Below, piece by piece: positions 46,169 through 62,199 of a stretch of DNA of 64,000 nucleotides. The DNA comes from the human T2T-CHM13v2.0 reference genome, Homo sapiens, in the NCBI RefSeq assembly GCF_009914755.1, contig NC_060947.1; one strand, written 5' to 3'. Below the pieces are notes generated by a model. It saw nothing but the letters and a program-made list of their open reading frames with translations. It made no database searches and was not told where the DNA came from. The stretch's first letter is position 1, and every line of letters begins with the position of its first letter. Both the position numbers and the translations under genes were made by a program.

Positions 46169-48392
46169 TGTATTAGTGGCTTTGGAGGACTCACAATCAT
46201 GGTAGAAGGCAAGGAGAAGCAAGTTACATCTTAAATGGATGGCAGCATGCAAAGAGAAAGCTTGTGTCAAGAACTCCATTTTTACAATCATCAGATCGCA
46301 TGAGTCTCATTCACTATCATGAGAATGCTGCAGTAAAGACCCGCCTGCATAATTCAATCACCTCCAATGGGGTTTATCCCATGGCACATGGAAATTGTGG
46401 GAGTTAAAATTCAAGATTAGATATGGGTGGAGACACAGCCAAACCTTGTTATTCCACCCCTGGCCCCTCCCAAATCTCATGTCTTCACATTTCAAAACAA
46501 ATCATAGCTTTCCAATAATTCCCCAAAGTCTTAAATCATTTCAGCATTAACTCAAATGTATATAGTCCAATGTCTCATCTGAAAATAGGCAAGTCCCTTC
46601 CACCTATGGGCCTGTAAAATCAAAAGCAAGTTAGATACTTCCTAGATACAACGGGGGTACAGGCATTAGTTAAATACAGTCATTCCAAATGGGAGAAATT
46701 GGGCAAAAAGAAAGGGCTACAGACCCGTTACAAGTCTGAAATCCAACAGGGCAGTCAAATTTTGAAGCTTCAAAATGATCTCCTTTGACTCCATGTCTTG
46801 CATCCAGGTCATGCTAATGCAAACAGTGGGTTCCCATGGTCTTGGGACGCTCTGCACCTGTGGCTTTGCAGGGTACAGCCTCCCTACTGGCTGCTTTCAC
46901 TGGCTAGTGTTGAGTGACTGTGACTTTTCCAGGCCCACAGTGCAAGCTGTCAGTGGATCTACCATGATGGGGTCTGCAGGATGGTAGGAGAGGCCCTCCT
47001 CTCACAATGCCACTAGGCAGTGCCCCAATGAGGACTCTGTGTAGGGGCTTTGTCCCCACATTTTCCTTTTACACTGCCCTGGCAGAAGTTCTCCATGAGA
47101 TCCCCGCCCCTGCAGCAAACTTCTTCCTGGACATCCAGGCAATTCTATACATTCTCTGAAATTTAGGTAGAGGTTCCTGAACCCCAATTCTTGACTTTTG
47201 TGCACTTGCAGGCTCAAAACCACATGGAAGTGGCCAAGGCTTAAGGCTTGCACCCTCTGAAGCCACAGCCCAAGCTCTACTTTAGCCCCTTTCAGCTACA
47301 GCTGGAGTGCCTTGGGCACAGGGCACCACAAGTCCAGCACATGGATGCTGGACCCATCCCCTGAAACCACGTTTTTTCTCTTAGGCCCCTGGGCTCATGA
47401 TGACAGTGGCTGCTTTGAAGACTGCTTACATGCCCTAGAGATATTTTCTTCATTGTCTTGGGGATTAACATTTATTTCCATGTTACTTATGCATGTTTCT
47501 ACAGCCAGCTTGAGTTTCTCCTCAGAAAATGAGTTTTCCTTCTTTATTGCATTTTCAGGCTGCAAATTTTACAAGCTTTTATACTCTGCTTCTCTTATAA
47601 AACTAAATGACTTTAACAGCACCTAAGTCACCTCTTGAATTCCTTGCTGCTTAGAAATTTATTCTGCCAGATACCTTAAATTTTATCTCCCAAGTTCAAC
47701 TTTTCACAAATCTCTAGGGCAGGGGCAAAATTCTTCCAGTTTCTTTGTGAAAACTTGACAAGAGTCACCTTTGCTCCAGTTTCCAATAAGTCCCTCATAT
47801 TCATCTGAGACCACCTCAGCCTAGACTTTATTGTCCATATCACTATAAGCACTTTGATCAAAGCAATTCAACAAGTCTCTAGGAAGTTCCAAACTTTCCC
47901 ACATTTTTCTGTCTTCTTCTGAGCCCTCCAAACTGTTCCATCCTCTTCCTGTTACCCAGTTCCAAAGTCGCTTTCACATTTTTGGATATCTTTTCAGCAG
48001 TGCCCCACTCTACTGGTATCAATTTACTGTATTAGTCCACTTTCATGCTGCTGCTAAAGACATACGTGGGATTGGGTAATTTATGCAGCAAGAATGTTAT
48101 TGGACTTACAGTTCCACGTGGCTGGGGAGGCCTCAAAATCATGGCAGAAGGCAAGGAGGAGAAATTCACATTTTACGTGGATGGCAGGAGGCAAAGAGAG
48201 AGCTTGTGCAGGAAAACTCCCATTTTTAAAACCATCAGATCTCATGAGACCCATTCACTATCATGAGAATATCACAGGAAAAACTCACCCCCATTATTCA
48301 ATCCTCTCACACCTTGTACCTCCCACAATACATGGAAATTATGGGAGCTACAAAATGAGATTTGTGTGGGGACACAGAGCCAAACCATATCA
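46169..48392 (-). mobile_element. THE1B provirus (two LTRs plus internal)
   Basis: LTRs at 46169-46451 (internally deleted) and 48028-48392; THE1-int between; TSD aactc/aactt. Confidence 0.92.
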
Positions 48393-48549
48393 AACTTTAA
48401 TTAAGTGACTTTAAAAAAGTAAGCATTTATCAGACTAATAGAATAGCTCTGAGGCTTTTCAGTACACATGACATTAGCTATTTTTGGTAAAAATAATTTG
48501 GTATATTTAGTCTCAATATTTCCTCCAGTAACTTAGAATCTTAAATTTA

Positions 48550-48868
48550 TGTCATGTTACATTAAGTAATTCTAGGTTATCCACTGGTATTTAGGGTTAT
48601 GAAGAATAGAAGGAGAGTAAGATGAGATTTGGTGGAGTTTAGTGAAAACGTGGATGTGATTTTTGCTTTAAAAATGTCAAGTGGAAGAAAAGGTATCAGT
48701 GATTGAAGATCAAATTAATGAAATAAAGTGAGAAGACAAGGTTAGAGAAAAAAGAGTAAAAAGAAACGAACAAAGCCTCCAAGAAATATGGGACTATACG
48801 AAAAGACCAAATATACACTTGACTGCTGTACCTGAAATTGATGGGGAGAATGGTACCAAGTTGAGAGA
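48550..48868 (+). repeat. 319-bp direct duplication, copy 1 (copy 2 at 49923-50241)
   Basis: Ungapped alignment at offset 1373, about 23 mismatches by manual count. Confidence 0.95.
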
Positions 48869-49922
48869 TATCATGGGAAATTGAGCCCCCAATACTTCAT
48901 GTGGGTCCCTTTCTATTTTCCCTAAGTGTCAGCCAGTCTGAGAAATAAAGGGAAAGAGTACAAAAGAGAGAAATTTTAAAGCTGGGTGTCCGGGGGAGAC
49001 ATCATATGTTGGCAGTTTCCATGATGCCCCTCAAGCTGCAAAACCAGCAAGCTTTTATTAGTGATTTTCAAAAGGGGAGGGAGTGTACAAATAGGGTGTG
49101 GGTCACAGAGATCACATGCTTTACAAGGTAATAAAATATCACAAGCCAAATGGAGGCAGGGTGAGATCACAGGACCGGAGTGAAATTAAAATTGCTAATG
49201 AAGTTTCGGGCACCCATTGTGATTGATAACATCTTATCAGGAGACAGGGTTTGAGAACAGACAACCGTGTGACCAAAATTTATTAGGTGGGAATTTCCTT
49301 GTCCTAATAAGCCTGGGAGTGCTATGGGAGACGGGCTTATTTCGTCTCTTATCTACAACCATAAAACACAGACGTTCCCAAAGCGGCCATTTTAGAGACC
49401 TCCCCCTGGGAAGGCAATCTCTTTCTCAGGGATGTTCCTTGCTGAGAAAAAATAATTCAGTGATATTTCTCCTATTTGCTTTTGAAAGAAGAGAAATTTG
49501 GCTCTGTTCCACCTGGCCCACAGGCAGCCAGACTTTATCTCCCTTGTTCCCTGAACATCGCTGTTATCCTGTTCTTTTTTCAGGGTGCCCAGATTTCATA
49601 TTGTTTAAACAATTTGTGCAGCAAATGCAATCATCACAAGGTCTTGAGGCAACATTCACCCTCAGCTTATGAAGATGACGGGATTAAGAGATTAAAGTAA
49701 AGACAGGCATAGGAAATCACAAGATTATTGATTGGGGAAGTGATAAATTTCCATGAAGTCTTCACAATTTATGTTCAGACATTGCAGTAAAGACAGGCAT
49801 AAGAAATTATAAAAGTATTAATTTGGGGAACTAATAAATGTCCATGAAATCTTCACAATTTATGTTCTTCTGCCATGACTTCAGCCGGTCCCTCCATTTG
49901 GGGTACCAGACTTCCCACAACA
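48869..49922 (-). mobile_element. MER11 (HML-8/HERV-K11; MER11C-like) solo LTR
   Basis: Minus strand starts tgttgtgggaagtc…gaacataaattgtgaagatttcatggaca with an internal tandem duplication; ~1.05 kb. Confidence 0.88.
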
Positions 49923-50049
49923 TGACATGTTACATTAAGTAATTCTACGTTATTCACTGGTATTTAGGGTTACTAAGAATAGAAGGAGAGTAAGATAATA
50001 TTTGGTGAAGTTTAGTGAAAACGTGGATGTGATTTTTTCTTTAAAAGTG

Positions 50050-53000
50050 TCAAGTGGAAGAAAAGGTATCAGTGATTGAAGATCAAATTAATGAAATAAA
50101 GTGAGAAGACAAGGTTAGAGAAAAAACAGTAAAAAGAAATGAACAAAGCCTCCATGAAATTGGGGACTATGTGAAAAGACCAAATCTACATTTGACTGGT
50201 GTACCTGAAAGTGATGGGGAGAATGGTACCAAGTTGAAAAACACTCTGCAGGATATTATCCAGGAGAACTTCCCCAACATAGCAAGGCAGGCAACCATTC
50301 AAATTCAGGAAATACAGAGAACACCACAAAGATACCCCTGGAGAAGAGCAACCCCAAGACACATAATTGTCAGATTCACCAAGGTTGAAATGAAGGAAAA
50401 AGTGTTAAGTGCAGCCAGAAAGAGAGGCCAAGTTACCCACAAAGGGAAGCCCATCAGACTAACAGCAGATCTCTTGGCAGAAACCCTACAAGCCAGAAGA
50501 TAGTGGGGACCAATATTCAACATACTTAAAGAAAAGAATTTTCAACCTATAATTTCATATCCAGCCAAACTAAGCTTCATAAGTGAAGGAGAAATAAAAT
50601 CTTTTACAGAGAAGCAAATGCTGAGAGATTTTGTCACCACCAGGCCTGCCCTAAAAGAGCTCCTGAAGGAAGCACTAAACATGGAAAGGAACAACTGGTA
50701 CCAGCCACTGCAAAAACATGCCAAATTGTAAAAACCATGGATGCTATGAAGAAACTGCATCAATTAATGAGCAAAATGACCAGTGAACATCATAATGACA
50801 GGATCAAAGTTGCACATAACAAGATTATCTTTAAATGTAAATGGGCTAAATGTCCCAATTAAAAGACACAAACTGGCAAATTGGATAAAGAGTGAAGACC
50901 CATCAGTGGGCTGTATTCAGGAGACCCATCTCATGTGCAAAGACACACATAGGCTCAAAATAAAGGGATGAAGGAAGACATACCAAGCAAATGGAAAGAA
51001 AAAAAAAAGCAGGGGTTGCAATCCTAGTCTCCAATAAAACAGACTTTAAACCAACAAAGATAAAAAGGGACAAAGAAGGCCATTACATAATGGCAAAGTG
51101 ATCAATTCAACAAGAAGAGCTAACTATCCTAAATATATATGCACCCAATACAGGAGCACCCAGATTCATAAAGCAAGTCCTTAGAGACCTACAAAGAGAC
51201 TTAGACTCCCACACAATAATAATGGGAGGCTTTAACACCCCACTGTCAACATTAGACAGATCAATGAGACAGAAAATTAACAAGGATATCCAGGAATTGA
51301 ACTCAGCTCTGCACCAAGCAGACCTAATAGACGTCTATGGAACTCTCCACCCCAAATCAACAGAATACACATTCTTCTCAGCACTACATCACACGTATTC
51401 TTAAATTGACCACATAATTGGAAGTAAAGCACTCCTCACCAAATGGAGAAGGACAGAAATCACAACAAACTGTCTCTCAGACCACAGGGCAATCAAATTA
51501 GAATTCAGCATTAAGAAACTCACTCAAAACAGCACAACTACTTCGAAACTGAACAACTTGCCCCTGAGTGACTACTGGGATAATAACGACATGAGGTCAG
51601 AAATAAAGACATTCTTTGAAACCAATGACAACAAAGACACAATGGACCAGAATCTCTGGGACACATATAAAGCAGTGGTTGGAGGGAAATTTATAGCACT
51701 AAATGCCCACAAGAGAAAGCAGGAAAGATCTAAAATCAACACCCTAACACCACAATTAAAAGAACTAGAGAAGCAAGAACAAAAACATTCAAAAGCTAGC
51801 AGAAGGCAAGAAATAACTAAGATCAGAGCAGAACTGAAAGAGATAGAGACACAAAAATACCTTCAAAAAAATCAATGAATCCAGGAGCTGGTTTTTTTTT
51901 TTTAAAGATCAACACAATTGATAGACCATGAACAAGACTAATAAAGAAGAAAAGAGAGAAGAATCAAATAGACACAACAAAAAATGATAAAGTGGATATC
52001 ACCACCAATCCTACAGAAATACAAACTACCATCAGAGATTACTATACACACCTCTATGCAAATAAACTAGAAAATCTAGAAGAAATGGATAAACTCCTGG
52101 AGACATACACTCTCCTAAGACTAAACCATGAAGAAGTTGAATCTGAATAGACCAATAACAGGCTCTGAAATTGAAGCAATAATTAATAGACTACCAACAA
52201 AAAAGGTCCAGGACCAGATGGATTCACAGCCAAATTCTACCAGAGGTACAAAGAGGAGCTGGTACCATTCCTTCTGAAACTATTCCAATCAATAGAAAAA
52301 GAGGGAGTCCTCCGTAACTCATTTTATGAGGCCAATATCATCCTAATGCCAAAGCCTGGCAGAGACACAACAAAAAAAGAGAATTTTAGACCAATAACCC
52401 TGATGAACATCAATGCAAAATCCTCAATAAAATAATGGCAAACCGAATCCAGCAGCACATCATAGATTATCCACCACAATCAGGTTGGCTTCATCCCTGG
52501 GATGCAAGGCTGGTGCAACATATGCAAATCAATAAATGTAATCCATCACATAAACAGAACCAAAGACAAAAACCACATGATTATCTCAACAGTTGCAGAA
52601 AAGTCCTTCAACAAAATTCAACAGCTCTTCATGCTAAAAACTCTCAATAAACTAGGTATTGATGGAAAGTATCTCAAATAATCAGAGCTATTTATGAAAA
52701 AACCACAGCCAATATCATATTGAACGGGCAAAAACTGGAAGTATTCACTTTGAAAACCGGCACAAGACAAGGATGCCCTCTCTCACCACTCCAATTCAAC
52801 ATATTGTTGGAAGTTCTGGCCAGGGCAATCAGGCAGGAGAAAGAAATAAAGGGTATTCAATTAGGAAATGAGGAAGTCAAATTGTCCCTGTTTGCAGATG
52901 ACATGATTGTATATTTGGAAAACCCCATCAACTCAGCCCAAAATATCCTTAAGGGGATAAGCAATTTCAGCAAAGTCTCAGGATAAAAACTCAATGTGCA

Positions 53001-54824
53001 AAAATCACAAGCATTCCCATGCACCAATAACAGACAGAGAGCCAAATCATGAGTGAACTCCTATTCACAATTGCTACAAAGAGAATAAAATACCTAGGAA
53101 TCCAACTTACAAGGGATATGAAGGACCTCTTCAATAACTGCAAACCACTGCTCAACGAAATAAAAGAGGATACAAACAAATGGAAGAATATTCCATGCTC
53201 ATGGTTAGGAAGAATCAATATCGTGAAAACGGCCATACTGCCCAAGGTAATTTATAGATTCAATGCCATCTCCATCAAGCTACCAATGACTTTCTTCACA
53301 GAATTGGAAAAAACTACTTTAAAGTTCATATGGAACCAAAAAAGAGCCCGCATTGCCAAGTCAATCCTAAGCCAAAAGAACAAAGCTGGAGGCATCACGC
53401 TACCTGACTTCAAACTATACTACAAGGATACAGTAACCAAAACAGCATGGTACTGGTACAAAAACAGATATATAGACCGATGGAACAGAACAGAGCCCTC
53501 AGAAATAATGCCACACATCTACAAACATCTGATCTTTGACAACAATGACAAAAAAAAATGGGGAAAGGATTCCCTATTTAATTAATGGTTCTGGGAAAAC
53601 TGGCTAGCTATATGTAGAAAGCAGAAATGGGAACCCTTCCATATGCCTTATACAAAAATTAATTCAAGATGGATTAAAGACTTAAATGTTAGACCTAACA
53701 CCATAAAAACCCTAAAAGAAAACCTAGGCAATACTATTCAGGACATAGGGATGGGCAAGGACTTCATGACTAAAACAACAAAAGCAATGGCAACACAAGC
53801 CAAAATAGACAAATGGCATCTAACTAAACTAAAGAGCATCTGCACAGCAAAAGAAACTACCATCAGAGTGAACAGGCAACCTACAGAATGGGAGAAACTT
53901 TTTGAAATCTACCCATCTGACAAAGGGCTAATATCCAGAATCTACAAAGAACTCAAAAATATTTACAAGAAAAAAATCAAGCAACCCCATCAAAAAGTGG
54001 GCAAATGATATGAACAGACATTTCTCAAAAGAAGACATTTATCCAGCCAACAGACACATGAAAAAATGCTCAACATCACTGGTCACCAGAGAAATACAAA
54101 TCAAAAGCACACTGAGATATCATCTCATGACAGTTAGAATGGCAATAATTAAAAAGTCAGGAAACAACATATGCTGGAGAGGATGTGAAGAAATGGGAAT
54201 GCTTTTACACTCTTTGTGGGAGTGTAAATTGGTTCAACCATTGTGGAAGACAGTGTGACAATTCCTCAAGGATCTAGAACTAGAATTACCATTTGCCCCA
54301 GCAATTCCATTACTGGGTATATACCTAAAGGAATATAAATCATGCTACTATAAAGACACATACACCCATATGTTTATTGTGGCACTATTCACAATAGCAA
54401 AGACTTGGATCCAATCCAAATATCCATCAATGATAGAATGGATTAAGAAAATGTGGCACATATGCACCATGGAATACTTTGCAGCCATAAAGAAGGATGA
54501 GTTTATGTCCTTTGCAGGGACATGGATGAAGCCGGAAACCATCATTCTCAGCAAACTATCACAAGGACAGAAAACCAAACACTGTATATTCTCACTCATA
54601 GGGGGTAATTGAACAATGATATCATTTGGACACAGGGCGAGGATCATCACACACCAGGGCCTGTTGGGGTATGGGGGGCCTGGGGGAGGCATAGAATTAG
54701 GAGAAATTCCTAATGTAAATGATGAGTTGATGGGTGCAGCAAACCAACATGGCACATGTATACCTATGTATCAAACCTACACATTGTGCACATGTACCCT
54801 AGAACTTAAGGAATAATAATTTTT
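50050..54824 (+). mobile_element. L1PA6-like, 5'-truncated within ORF1
   Basis: ORF1 3' half, decayed ORF2 and 3' UTR; short TSD ~aaaatgt; first ~190 bp duplicated at 48677-48868. Confidence 0.93.
50795..54612 (+). pseudogene. L1 ORF2p remnant with many stops and frameshifts
   Basis: MTGSKLHI…, [11 protein letters not shown], …SLIGGN* spread over separate frames. Confidence 0.92.
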
Positions 54825-55086
54825 AAAATGTAATTTTTTGTAGCTTAGAGAAGCTTTCTACTGTTATTGAGATAAAAATCACTGGTGATATTCAAACTTT
54901 TTTTGTAAACTGATGAGTTTGTATTGATATCTCATGGCTAGAATTCCAAACTGAAAACTTTAAGATCTTTATTCATATGAGTGTTCATGTCTGCTTAGGT
55001 GTCCTATGTGTATGTACATGTGCTTTGTTATGTGTTGTGGCCACAAGGTACCAAATTTGCTTAAAATTAAAAGATTACTAAAAAAT

Positions 55087-55717
<631 letters not shown>

Positions 55718-56626
55718 ACCCACATGTATTTTAAGTTCATGTGTCTTAAGTAAATATTTGACAAGTACACTGGCTTTAAAGTTATTGTTGAAGTAAAATG
55801 AGAAATGTCTTCAGAATTGTCAAAATACATTATAGTTTATGTTTATTGGTCAAGAAGTTTTAAATTTATATCTGCTAAATATTACAAGGTGTCAAGATAT
55901 GGCATAAAGCTATATATTATAAAGCTACAAAGGCAGTTTGGAAAAGAATTATCTTCATGTACTTTTTTATAAATAAAGATTTAATATTGTTGCTTTAATG
56001 AAAATAGCTAAATCTTGAGTTACTGGCAAAAAAAAAAATTATGTAACCTTAAGGTTCTTACTTAGGTAATAACCTGAAATTCACAAGCTATAAAAATGGT
56101 TAACAGGGAAATAAATTTAAATGAATACTATCACGGTTTTTATAAATAATCTAGGTAAACTGTTAAAAGTAATTAAACAAATAAAATTAAATAAATGCAT
56201 GTAAATAAATGTGTCAAGTAATTTAGAATCTAAAGTTACATTAAATTAAATAAGTCATTAAGTGTCTGAATCATTTCCAATTTTCTAAAACAGTAGGAAA
56301 ACTTCTTTACTAAGAAACCAATGTGTTCTTCTAAATAAAATTGTTGTCTAACTCACAGGTTATTTAAAGAATATGTATAAAATAATGTAAATGGAACCAG
56401 TAAATAAAAGAGATAAAAAAGTTATACATAAAGAGGTTTTTTTTTGTTAGAAAGGTTAAAAGAAACAATTTTCAATGTGAAAAAATAGTATATGGTAAAT
56501 TAGTGTCCTAAAATAAAATGACTGCTTATTTAAGAAAAAGGGATGTGAAGGATAAAATGGGGAGTCTAAGCATGTCATAAATGGTTTGTGTGAGTCAAAG
56601 TAAAGTTTGTATATAGAGAATTTATT

Positions 56627-56870
56627 GATAACAACACATGGACACAAAGAGAACAACAGAAACTAGAGCCTACCTGAGGTTGGAGGGTAGGGGAAACAAG
56701 AGGAACAGGAAAAAATTACCACTGCATACTAAGCTTAATACATGCGTGACCAAACAATTTGCATAACAAACTCCTGTGACGCTAGTTTACCAATATAACA
56801 AACCTGCACTTACACCCTTCAATCTAAAATAGAAGTTTAACAAATGAACAAATAAATACATAAATAAATA
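56627..56870 (+). mobile_element. L1PA13-16-like 3' UTR fragment
   Basis: aacacatggacacaaagag…aacaaacctgcac…aaaatagaagtt plus A-rich tail. Confidence 0.8.
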
Positions 56871-58465
56871 CAGGATAAGTAACTGTTCAAAAAAAGTTAA
56901 TTTTTGGTAGAAAATTTAAATAATCAAGTGGGCTATAATTAAAAGAAAATTATTTATAATACTCTTTATGGAGATGTGGCTTTGTTCTTAAAATATAGTA
57001 ATAAACTAAAGAATTGGTTATAATAATAAAAAATTTTAAGGTATTGATTTTCTCTTAATAAAGTTACAACAGATTTTAATTTATTTTACCCCCAAGTTCA
57101 ATTTTTATGGCATCTCACTGTTTTCAGTTTTCTTTTACCCTCTGGGCCACCTAAAACAATCTCCTTAAACTGTTTCATCAGTTTCTGTCATATTCTTTCC
57201 TCAGGTTCTAACGCTGTTGTGGCCTCATGCTAAAAATATTTTATCTTAAATGTCAAAATAAGTTTTTTTCCAACATAACATTATATGCTCTTGGCTTTAA
57301 ATTTCTTCATGAAATTAAAAATTTTCATTTGTGACTCAGTACTCATTCCTGTTATGCCTAAATAATTCAATTCCAAGGAACACTGAGATGAAACATTAAG
57401 GTTATTACATTCATGTAACTTTCAATATTGCTTTTAAAGTCATTTTGCTACTAAGATAAAGGACTTTGATTCCTGCATCTAAAAATAACACCAAGTCTTG
57501 CTAAGTTGTAAACAGTGACAGCAGTTGAAATCTAATCTCCAGACCCAGGAGAAGATAACAATTAAAATAAACACTGTTTATGAGTCACAGGGCCAGAAAT
57601 TAAAACTATTAAACACTTATAGGCCAAGGGACTCTCAAAGAAAACATGGGTGCATGAGATGTAAGAGTCAACTTTGAGACATAAGATCAATTCAGAGTTT
57701 CTTTATGAATTACACATTAATATCTGTAATTCGCTTATCCAAGAGCAGAATCTGGGGCCCTGTTTTATATTAACAAAGTTTTCATGGATGATTAATCCGT
57801 TCTTTAAAAAATATATAAAAAGTCATTAAAAGTTTTTTAGAAATTATATCCTACAGTCAAGATAATTAAAATTTAAGAGATTGATTTATAAGATTTGAGA
57901 GATTTAATTGGCCTCATTATGTCTTTAGTAGGGCTTATACTTTGGAAAAGTAAGTCTCCTCTCACAAAGAGTAAAGGTTTTTGCCTTTTTAAAAAAATCT
58001 TTGAGTTATCACTTTGGATAAATCAATGACTTAATTTATAATAACCTGTAATCTTATTTTGTAATATCAAGTATTTTAAGCTTTTGATAAGGTGTTGATA
58101 AACCTTTCCAAAATATAATTCTAAATTTTGTCCCTTAGACCTCGTATGTTTGATAGTAGGTCTGCTGAAGTCCAAAAGAGACATATTCAGCTTATTTGGT
58201 ATAATAAAATTATTCAAGACACATTGTCAAATGTGAAATGGTATTTAATCTTCTTTGGAGTATGTTTATATAAATATCTACAGTATGTGCTCCAAAATTT
58301 TATGAAAATTCTGATTTTAATATATCATGTTATTAGCAGTAATTATCACTATTATGTAAAATTATGTGCCACAGAAGTAAACAAATTTTTATATCAATTG
58401 TGTCTTTAACCATGGCTTTTCTAATATTTTTGTCATCAATAATTCTTGTTTTACTATTCTTCTTC

Positions 58466-58759
58466 TTTTTTTTTTTTTTGAGATGGCATCTCGCTCTGTT
58501 GCCCAGGCTGGAGTGCAGTGCCACGATCTCAGCTCACTGCAAGCTCCAGCTCCCAGATTAATGCCATTCTCCTGCCTCAGCTTCCCAGTAGCTGGGATTA
58601 CAGATGTCCACCACCACTCCTGACTAATTTTTTGTATTTTTAGTAGAGATGGGGTTTCACCGTGTTAGCCAGGATGGTCTCAATCTCCTGACCTTGTGAT
58701 CCACCCACCTTGGGCTCCCAAAGTGCTGGGATTACAGGTGTGAGCCATTGCACCCAGCA
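58466..58759 (-). mobile_element. AluY-like
   Basis: ctgcaagctcc / gccattctcc / gtgttagccaggatgg; TSD tactatt(c/a)ttctt. Confidence 0.92.
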
Positions 58760-59947
58760 TACTATTATTCTTTTATGGGGTGGTTTATAGTCAGCTATAG
58801 AACCCTGAGTAGTACTCTCAAATATAGATTTCTTATAAATTTGGAGATAGTTCCATTAGGATAGAGAGAAATACTTCCAGGATTCTCATGAAGAGCTGGT
58901 GTATTTGTGAGGACTGTTAATAAAATATTGAGCAGAAGAGGAATTAATTGCATGGATTTAACTAACAGAAAATTGAGATAATTTTTTTGACTTTTTGTTT
59001 AAAACATTTACTGATTCTTTTTCTTTTGGTCTTCAGATTCAAGAAAAATTTGTCTTCTTTAAACAATTCTGTAAACTATAACCTTGTGAGCAAAACTTAA
59101 AACATAATTTATTTCTCTCAACACAATTTCTGCAAAATTATAGTACTATTTTGTGGTATTCTTCATTTACAAATTATTAATTTGAATTAATTCTTAATTT
59201 ATAGTTACTTTGCAAGTTCAATAAAAATTTGTTTTCTCTTGTAACAGAACGTAGTTGGAGTCACTGGTCATTTTACCAAGTCTTTGACTGAAATGATATT
59301 TTCATATTGCCTTGAGAAAATAGGTCTGAACTAAGGGAGCTTATAAAAGCCCCTTGAAGAAACTGGCCCTATAATTTGTCCGTTAAAGTGTCCTGACATG
59401 TAGTAAGTAAAGAATGTCACCTTTTACAGGCCCAGGATCTACTAGTTTTCTTGGGACTTCAAAAAAAACTGGAATTCACCCAATTCACACAAGTATCTGC
59501 AGGCACACATAAATCCTCAGCTGGGTTTGAGGCTTTAAGAAGGTCTAATCTTAGACTCCTTATTAAAAAGCTGCCTGCAAAGCCAATTTTAAAAGACAGA
59601 GAACATATATGCCACATAATAATTTCTGCTGTATTTTATGCAAATAATCAAGCCAAATACAATAGGACATAATGTGTTTTACAAATAAATTTCGTCCTAC
59701 TATGATTTTTGTCTTTAATAAAATTGGGGAATTAGAGAGAAAAAAATGTAATGAAATGAAATATTAGTATACCTGTTATTAGATTCTAGCCTTCCCTAAT
59801 GCTTTTCAATGTTTATTATTTTGTATAATTTGGGCTAAATTCTAAAATTATTCCTGGCTACAAGTCTCCAAAATAATGTGTTTTTTTTTATTTTTTGTCC
59901 AGTTTTTTCTAATTTGAAATCATGAAAAATTAAGCTGTGCTTTTCTT

Positions 59948-61292
<1,345 letters not shown>

Positions 61293-62199
61293 TAAAGCCC
61301 TGTATAGTGAAGCTAGACAACTTAAACCTCGGGAAAAATATAACAGCAACCTATTTATATACATGAACAACTTTCGTAGTTGCCTACTGATTTATGGACT
61401 TCAGAGTAGTATGGTCTATGTCAGATTTCCAGAATTGCTCTCACTTTTTGTTTGTTGTTTTCTTTCTCTCTTCATCTCCATATTTTACTCTTCAGGAGAG
61501 GTGAGACCTCAAAGCCTGGTAAAAATAAGCTTTCATAACATGTGGGACCTATTTATCTAGAAATAAACTGTCTAAGCCATAAGAGAAGAAAAAAACTCAA
61601 GAGCAGAAACTCATTTTCTTGTAAATGGCTTTTTCCAAAGATTTTAAAAAGAAAAATGGGGAGAAACATGGAAGAAAAATAAAAGCTTTGGAACTCAATT
61701 TACTCTTCCAAAAAATTAAGCTGAATATTAAGTCATGCAAAAGGCTGCCTTTTTTACTGTTCCTAAGCAAATAACTACAAATAGAAGTTTAAATATCTCC
61801 ACAGATAACTCTTCTGTGTTTACATTATTTTATGTAAAGTGCTGAATGACTGAGCATGTGGCAAATACATAATTTTTTCTGCTTTCTCCTATTTTCTTAA
61901 AACATGTGAATTACCAAACTCTTTCTCTTTCCCCTTTATGCCACTTTTCCCATTTAAATATTGAAGCCCTCAAAATCAACTTTGGAGAAAGGCACAGAAC
62001 ACAGACTATTTCTGTGATTCTGTTTTTTTTTCTTCCAGGAATCGTCCTTAAATTTGGCATAATTAATGTCAAAATTAATTAAGATCTGTGTCTGATATAT
62101 TTTGGTTTACATACTGAAATAATTTTGTAACCATTAAACAACTGTCCTCATTTTCTTTTCCAACTATGCTTAAAAACCTTTGGTAGATTCATCCTACAG

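Noticed and set aside
49223-49672. 149-aa ORF
   Set aside because: Lies wholly within the MER11 LTR, antisense to it, with no recognisable domain
49695-49865. ~85-bp tandem duplication
   Set aside because: Intrinsic feature of MER11 LTR U3 as recalled, not locus-specific
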